Shown here: one piece after another, positions 37,270 to 42,615 of the stretch
Layout: each line of letters opens with the position of its first letter
How positions within the stretch are numbered: the first letter of the stretch is position 1
Assembly (NCBI GenBank): GCA_051747805.1
Contig: JBNJGP010000009.1
Location: 2,153-44,767 of the forward strand
DNA length: 42,615 nt
Direction of reading: 5' to 3'
Origin: Candidatus Muiribacteriota bacterium
GTDB taxonomy: Bacteria > Muiribacteriota > Muiribacteriia > Muiribacteriales > Muiribacteriaceae
The notes under the pieces: generated by a model
What the model saw: only the letters and a program-made list of their open reading frames with translations
Databases searched by the model: none
Told to the model about the DNA's origin: nothing
Position numbers and translations under genes: made by a program

Positions 37270-38302
37270 TTATCCTCCCGTATAGTAAACAGGACTTTGT
37301 AAGTTCATCAATGCTGATTTTTTCGCCCCCGGTGTGTGCTTCTTTTAACTGGCCGGGGCCGAAAATGACAACTGGAATAAATTCTCCGCAGAACCTGGCA
37401 TCGCAGGTTGCGTTAAATAGGTTTAATGATGAGGGATGCCCTGTTTTATTTAAAATTTTTTGTAACTTAGTCAATAAATCTGTGTTTTCACATTTATAGG
37501 GTAGAGTGTGATTTTTTTTTGATTTTAATAGTTCTAATTTAAAATTTTTGAGTCCATGATTTACAAATTCATTTTTTAAATTTTTTATATCTTTTTCCCA
37601 GCTACTTAGAGGTGGAAGCTGTCTTCTGTCTATAATAAGCTCAATTTTTTGGGGAACTTTATTTAGAGATTTTTCTTCTATATTTATATTAACTGGGGTT
37701 ATTGTTAAATCCTTATTTTTATTTTTGGATTTTTTTTGAAAAAGATCAATTATTTTTTTTAAAGAAAAGAAAACATTATTTTCAGGCATATAGCTGGCAT
37801 GACAGCTTTCTCCATAAAGAGTAAGTTCATAAACAGCCCTTCCTTTATGTCTATCGCAAATTTTTAGTCCAGTAGGTTCTCCAATTACTCCCCATTTAAA
37901 ATCTGTTAGATAGGGTTTTAATAAATTGATTCCTTCAGAGTCGGTTTCTTCATCATTAACAAGAAAAATTGCCGGCGAGTTTGTTGATGACTCAGCGCAG
38001 CTTAAAAGCATTGAAATAATACTGCTTTTCATATCGCAGGACCCGCGCCCATAAATATAATCATCTTTAATATTTACATCAGAATTACCTGAGACAGTAT
38101 CATAATGTCCACAGAAAACAGTTCCTGAAAAACCGACATCTTTTTTTTTTATAATTAGGTTACCATTTATTTCATGGACTATTTCCAGGTTGTATCTCTG
38201 ACAGAAATTAATTATAAATTCAAGAGCTTTATCTGTGTTGTAAGTAACAGAAGGTACTTTTAAAAAATTTATTGTTTCTTTTAATAAAATATCTTTTTTC
38301 AT
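37259..38302 (-). CDS. M20 family metallo-deacylase (ArgE/DapE-like)
   Basis: GHYDTV, GRGSCDMK, NDEE, IGEPT, GESCHAS, FGPG...AHT. Confidence 0.88.
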   Translation of the reverse strand: MKKDILLKETINFLKVPSVTYNTDKALEFIINFCQRYNLEIVHEINGNLIIKKKDVGFSGTVFCGHYDTVSGNSDVNIKDDYIYGRGSCDMKSSIISMLLSCAESSTNSPAIFLVNDEETDSEGINLLKPYLTDFKWGVIGEPTGLKICDRHKGRAVYELTLYGESCHASYMPENNVFFSLKKIIDLFQKKSKNKNKDLTITPVNINIEEKSLNKVPQKIELIIDRRQLPPLSSWEKDIKNLKNEFVNHGLKNFKLELLKSKKNHTLPYKCENTDLLTKLQKILNKTGHPSSLNLFNATCDARFCGEFIPVVIFGPGQLKEAHTGGEKISIDELTKSCLLYGRINGL

Positions 38303-39324
38303 ATTCTTTTTTTCGCCTTAAGCTCCTCAGCTTTATCTTTGTCAAATAAAATAGTGTGATCAGTTTTTTTACCATTAAAAACAAATGTCAGCGAAACTTC
38401 TGTTTTGTTTTTTTTATAATCACTGTGATAAATATGAAGTTGACTGGAATTTTCGAGTTCTTCCGTGGTTAAATCGTCTTTTGAAAGAATTAAAGAAATG
38501 GGACCGGGAACTATAAAATCTTTAATATATAATTGAATAACACCTTTTATTTCTTCAAGAATAATATTTTCTCGTTGATTTTTACCAACAATTAATTTTT
38601 TATAATTATTTTTTGAAATATTATAATGCCTTCCTACTTTTAACAGTTTCATATCAAGAGGGTCGTTTATGCCCGCTGAAAGTAATTTTTTTAATTTTCG
38701 GCAGTACTCTTCATATGTTAAAAGACATCCGCCAGATGGAGTTGAGAAATCTTTTATATTGTTGTTTTTTGCATATTCAAGCTGTTTTTTGCGGCTTCTT
38801 CCATGTATTTGTATTATTTTAGTAATTTCATCACGATTAACTATTGCTCTTTTTTCAATTTCTGATAAATCAAGATGAGAAATTGAAAGCGGTCTAATTA
38901 ATACATCTTTAACGCCGGCATCTCTTATTATTGCGTTTAGGCCGAATTTTTTTTGGCTTTTTGGACGTTGATCAAGTACTTCGCCTGTGGCGATAAAATC
39001 AGCATCGAATTTATCTAAAAGTTTTTTTGTTTTTTTTAGCATGAATATTTTACAGTCAATACACGGGTTTAAGTTTTTACCAAAACCGAATTTAGGCTTT
39101 TTTAATACTTCAAGAAATTCGGAGCTTATATCAAATACGTGGTTTTTGAGCTCATATTCACCTACTTGTATTTTGTGGGTACCAGTTTTAATATTAGCTT
39201 TAAAAAAATAAGATTTGTAAGTGATTAATGTAACTTGATAATTAAGTGTTTTCAAAAGGTGGGCGGTTATATATGAATCAAGTCCACCTGAAAACAAAAC
39301 AAGAGCATGATAATTTTTATTCAT
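38299..39324 (-). CDS. PP-loop ATPase, ThiI/MnmA-related putative tRNA thiolation protein
   Basis: LFSGGLDS, NPCIDCK, TGEVLDQRPKSQ, PSGGCLLT, GRH. Confidence 0.8.
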   Translation of the reverse strand: MNKNYHALVLFSGGLDSYITAHLLKTLNYQVTLITYKSYFFKANIKTGTHKIQVGEYELKNHVFDISSEFLEVLKKPKFGFGKNLNPCIDCKIFMLKKTKKLLDKFDADFIATGEVLDQRPKSQKKFGLNAIIRDAGVKDVLIRPLSISHLDLSEIEKRAIVNRDEITKIIQIHGRSRKKQLEYAKNNNIKDFSTPSGGCLLTYEEYCRKLKKLLSAGINDPLDMKLLKVGRHYNISKNNYKKLIVGKNQRENIILEEIKGVIQLYIKDFIVPGPISLILSKDDLTTEELENSSQLHIYHSDYKKNKTEVSLTFVFNGKKTDHTILFDKDKAEELKAKKRI

Positions 39325-39359
39325 AGCAAAATCTTACTATAATTATATTTAGTTTTCAA
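39325..39359 (-). promoter_or_regulatory. Sigma70 promoter, likely leaderless transcript
   Basis: Minus strand: TTGAAA-N17-TAAGAT-N6-ATG 39324; no SD. Confidence 0.65.
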
Positions 39360-39377
39360 GCTCCACCTGAAACATAA

Positions 39378-39501
39378 AGCAATTCTCAATAAGAATTTTT
39401 TCACCCCACACTTACTTTAAAGTTAATACCATCTAAAGCCTGGTATAATTTTTTATTTTTTTTACCATTATAAAGGATTTTCGGCTAAATTGAGAATTGG
39501 T
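39378..39501. mobile_element. MITE-like element with 13-bp terminal inverted repeats
   Basis: agcaattctcaat (39378-39390) / attgagaattggt (39489-39501), 12 of 13 complementary; lies between divergent promoters. Confidence 0.45.
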
Positions 39502-39519
39502 GTTATTTATTTGGAAAAA

Positions 39520-39548
39520 TTGACATTCATAAAAATAAGTATTATTAT
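39520..39548 (+). promoter_or_regulatory. Sigma70 promoter
   Basis: TTGACA (39520-39525)-N17-TATTAT (39543-39548); AAGGAG SD before ATG 39597. Confidence 0.75.
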
Positions 39549-39596
39549 TTTATAGTATGAATAAGCATAAAATATTTGTGTGCTTTAAGGAGTTTT

Positions 39597-42500
39597 ATGG
39601 ACTTTTTCAGCTGGCTCCAATTACAGGTTGATTATCTTTTTTATATATCTGGACTGGTATTTTTTACCCTTTTTTTTCTTGCATATTCAATTGATAAATA
39701 TCTGAAAAAATCTCCATTTGAATGGAATAAAATTTATTTATTTGGCTTTTTATTCGGTTTATTTCAATGGCTTCAGCTTGTTTTTTTGAATTTTCCAGAA
39801 ATTCCATACATAGAAGAAGGAATTTTATTTATATATGTTTTAAGTGTTTATTTTCTTTTTGAGTTTGGTCGAGTTTATCTGTCACATAAATTTAAATTTT
39901 TTCAGAACCGGTATCTTTTTTTTATTCCAGTATTAATTAGTCTAACAGCTTATTCACAGGGTATATATGCTTTGAGAAGCTACTTTTATCTTTTTTTTGG
40001 GTTTCCTGCTGTTTTAATGGTAGGTGCTTCGTTTATCATTTATGCTTTTAAAAATCAAAAACACAAAAAATTACTTTTTTTTATTTCTTTTTTTCTTATT
40101 TTTTATGGTTTTATAAATTCCCTTTATTTTTTTCAGATTATTCAGTATAACAACCGATCTTTTGTGCTTTTAATTCAAACTTTATTAGCTTTTACCGGTA
40201 CTATTTTATTTTTTATATATTATGGAAAAATAACTGCTCCATTTATCAGAAAAGATTATATTGCCCATAAAAAAATTTTTGTCCTGCTTTTTATTTTTAT
40301 TTCAATTCTTGGTTTTGTAACTGTTGAAAATAAACGACATATATTAGATTCTGAGATGAAAAATAATATTTTTTATCACTCAAGAAATATTTCAAATGGA
40401 ATTAACCCGGCTCTTTTCAACAAACTTGATTTTACAGTTGAGGATAAAAATAAGCCTGAATTCAGGAGGCTTCAGTATTATCTTAATTCTTATGGAGAAT
40501 TCGCCGGACTACCTTATATTTATACAGTTGGTAAAAAAAACGGGACTTTATTATTTGGACCAGAAAATATTGACCCTGAAACAGATATGGCTTCTCTTCC
40601 CGGTACTGAATATTTATCTCCGCCTGATGTCGTAGAAGAACTTTTTGAGACACCTGCTACAAAAGTTGTGGGTCCTTATACAGATGAGTATGGCACTTTT
40701 ATAAGTGCATTAACTTCGGTTAAAAAACCTGGCAGCGATGAAACTTTAAGCATTGTAGGTGTTGATTTTAAATATGATAAATGGTTGAATATTATTTTTT
40801 TGCGCCGCTTTAAAATTATAATAAAAATAAATTTTTTATTTATTATAATAGCCCTGAGCTTTTTTCTCCTTGAAAAAAGGGATAAAAAAATAAAAAAATG
40901 GGGAAGTCCTTTTTTTATAAAATATCTGGAAGTGTTTCTAACTTTGTTTTTTGGAATCATTTTAACAATTTTTATTGTTACTTACGTATATGAGCTTGAA
41001 GCAAAAAATATTAAAGAGGATTTCAGTAGAATTTCCAACAGCAAAATGCATATTATAGCGGACCTTTTAAATGATCATAGATACAATTTACATAAAATTA
41101 TAAATGAAAATAAAAAAAAACCCTTTACTTCAAATAAGGATTTTAAAGAATATACAGATGATTTTATAAATAATAAAATAACACGTTTTTATGCCCAGGC
41201 CCAGAAAAATCAGCATAATATTTATAAAATAAAATGGATTAATCCTTTAAAAAATTATAAAGAATTTCTTAACTATAATTTAAGCAGCAGGCTGGAGATT
41301 TTAGCTTCTATTAATAAGGCTCATACAGATAGTTTGTTTCAAACAGTTAAAAAAAATGATTTTTTAGAAACTTCAGAAAGTGAAAGATTAGTGATTTCAA
41401 AACTCGGTGCAGAAAAAATTTTGCTATGTCTGTTTGATTTAGAAAAAGGTATAAAACAAGTGTTAAAAGAGTTTGCAAGTCCTTTCAAACAAAGAAGTGA
41501 AATTATCTTTTTTGATTTACTGCAAAATGGTAACACAGAGATTATTACCTGTTTTCCATGTAACGGTGATTATTCAGGAAAACTTAGTTTAAATGAAGTT
41601 GTAATATTAAAAAATAAACCATTTTATGAAACATATCCCTTTTTTATATATGGACAGCCTTATATTATTGCCTTGTTTCCTAATAATAACTTTTTAGCTT
41701 CAAATAAAGCTTTAACCTCATTAATGATTTCTATTACTGGATTTATTTTAACCTTTTTTCTTGCTTTATTTGTTTATTCAATGAAAAACAAGCAGGAACA
41801 GTTGCAGAAAGAGGTGAATCAGAGAACTTATGAAATTAAAGAGAAAGAAAACAATCTGAGAATTACTCTTGATTCAATCGGTGACGCGGTAATTGCAACA
41901 GATTTAAACGGTAATATAACCAGAATGAACCCTGTTGCCCAAAAACTTACTGGATATTCTATTCATGAAGTTAAAGGAACTCATATTGATAAGATTTTTA
42001 AAATTAAAAATGCAAAAACTGAAGAAATATTAAATACACCTATTGATTATGTATTAAAAAACAAACAGGTTTTTGGTCTTTCAAACGACACCACCTTGAT
42101 TGCTAAAAATAAAAATGAGTATCAGATAGCAGACAGCGCGGCGCCTATTTTAGATGAGGAAGGCAAAATCCAGGGTGTGGTTCTTGTTTTTCATGATGTA
42201 ACACAGCAGTATAAAATCCGGGAACAGCTTTTTGAAAGCGAGAGAAGTAAATCAGTCCTTCTTTCAAATCTACCGGGAATTGCCTATCGCTGTAAGAATG
42301 ATAAATTTTGGACAATGGAATTTTTATCAAGTGGCTGTCTTGAATTAACTGGATACCGGGGGCAGGACTTGTTAAACAATAAAAATCTTTCGTTTAATGA
42401 TATTATTGTTGAGGAGTTTAAAGAGGAGTTAAGGCATAAATGGGATAAAGCTATAAGTGAAAAAAAAGTTTTCAGCGGTGTTTATCAGATTAAAACAGCG

Positions 42501-42615
42501 AATACCGAAATTAAATGGGTATGGGAGAGAGGAAGAGGTGTTTATGATGAGGAGGGGAACATTATTGCCCTGAAGATTTTTTATTTCAGTTATATCACCA
42601 ATAAAACCCTCCAGG
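39597..42615 (+). CDS. Multi-sensor signal transduction protein (multi-TM, Cache-like, CHASE-like, PAS, PAS), truncated by window end
   Basis: Hand translation from ATG 39597 (MDFFSWLQLQVDYLFY...) stays open for >1000 codons; GPYTDEYGTFISA; ITLDSIGDAVIATD..RMNPVA.KLTG; LSNLPGIAYRC..WTMEF. Absent from the ORF track because it has no stop in the window. Confidence 0.88.
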   Translation, partial: MDFFSWLQLQVDYLFYISGLVFFTLFFLAYSIDKYLKKSPFEWNKIYLFGFLFGLFQWLQLVFLNFPEIPYIEEGILFIYVLSVYFLFEFGRVYLSHKFKFFQNRYLFFIPVLISLTAYSQGIYALRSYFYLFFGFPAVLMVGASFIIYAFKNQKHKKLLFFISFFLIFYGFINSLYFFQIIQYNNRSFVLLIQTLLAFTGTILFFIYYGKITAPFIRKDYIAHKKIFVLLFIFISILGFVTVENKRHILDSEMKNNIFYHSRNISNGINPALFNKLDFTVEDKNKPEFRRLQYYLNSYGEFAGLPYIYTVGKKNGTLLFGPENIDPETDMASLPGTEYLSPPDVVEELFETPATKVVGPYTDEYGTFISALTSVKKPGSDETLSIVGVDFKYDKWLNIIFLRRFKIIIKINFLFIIIALSFFLLEKRDKKIKKWGSPFFIKYLEVFLTLFFGIILTIFIVTYVYELEAKNIKEDFSRISNSKMHIIADLLNDHRYNLHKIINENKKKPFTSNKDFKEYTDDFINNKITRFYAQAQKNQHNIYKIKWINPLKNYKEFLNYNLSSRLEILASINKAHTDSLFQTVKKNDFLETSESERLVISKLGAEKILLCLFDLEKGIKQVLKEFASPFKQRSEIIFFDLLQNGNTEIITCFPCNGDYSGKLSLNEVVILKNKPFYETYPFFIYGQPYIIALFPNNNFLASNKALTSLMISITGFILTFFLALFVYSMKNKQEQLQKEVNQRTYEIKEKENNLRITLDSIGDAVIATDLNGNITRMNPVAQKLTGYSIHEVKGTHIDKIFKIKNAKTEEILNTPIDYVLKNKQVFGLSNDTTLIAKNKNEYQIADSAAPILDEEGKIQGVVLVFHDVTQQYKIREQLFESERSKSVLLSNLPGIAYRCKNDKFWTMEFLSSGCLELTGYRGQDLLNNKNLSFNDIIVEEFKEELRHKWDKAISEKKVFSGVYQIKTANTEIKWVWERGRGVYDEEGNIIALKIFYFSYITNKTLQ

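Noticed and set aside
6318..42330. Short ORF-track entries nested in or antisense to real genes (e.g. 6318-6554, 6891-7148, 15005-15190, 16734-16955, 17276-17482, 18412-18660, 20224-20421, 20881-21135, 21329-21562, 22612-23066, 26117-26352, 31531-31830, 34922-35131, 37311-37499, 38613-39211, 40396-40635, 40676-40960, 41339-41536, 42145-42330)
   Set aside because: Shadow ORFs overlapping well-supported genes, with no recognisable motifs
1..42615. tRNA/rRNA genes, riboswitches (including cobalamin) and stop-codon recoding
   Set aside because: Intergenic spaces are short and AT-rich with no recognisable conserved RNA motifs; conserved genes end at expected lengths with TAA, TAG or TGA

Overview
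AT-rich bacterial chromosomal segment using the standard code, probably from a diderm anaerobe (kdsA/kdsD, iorAB) with Firmicutes-like gene neighbourhoods. A candidate-phylum origin is my inference only. Left to right: the 3' end of a gene ending in a Cys/Asp-rich tandem repeat plus terminator; a methyltransferase and a degenerate ComB-like phosphatase; a stand-alone FliG C-terminal-like domain; pilin-like genes with pilD; an ECF sigma factor with a ZAS-FecR anti-sigma; an HTH-REC/RsbW-like/TPR/CarD block; lepB; DUF2225; xseB-ispA-ispF-dxs-tlyA-nadK; psd-pssA-kdsA-kdsD-iorAB-nupC. The accessory core (23464-34754) holds a stand-alone PqqD/RRE protein, a five-gene sugar-modification/GT2 cassette bracketed by inverted copies of a 7-mer/10-mer dispersed repeat, and an operon of three B12-dependent radical SAM enzymes plus a GT-C-like membrane protein. 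Then come a minus-strand operon (PP-loop tRNA-modification-like protein, M20 deacylase, dapH, hypothetical protein, permease) and a >1000-aa multi-sensor PAS protein that runs off the window and is missing from the ORF track. Other signals: several promoters with a -10 box exactly 6 nt before the ATG (likely leaderless mRNAs) and two MITE-like foldback elements. All family calls come from motif recognition by eye, not database searches.
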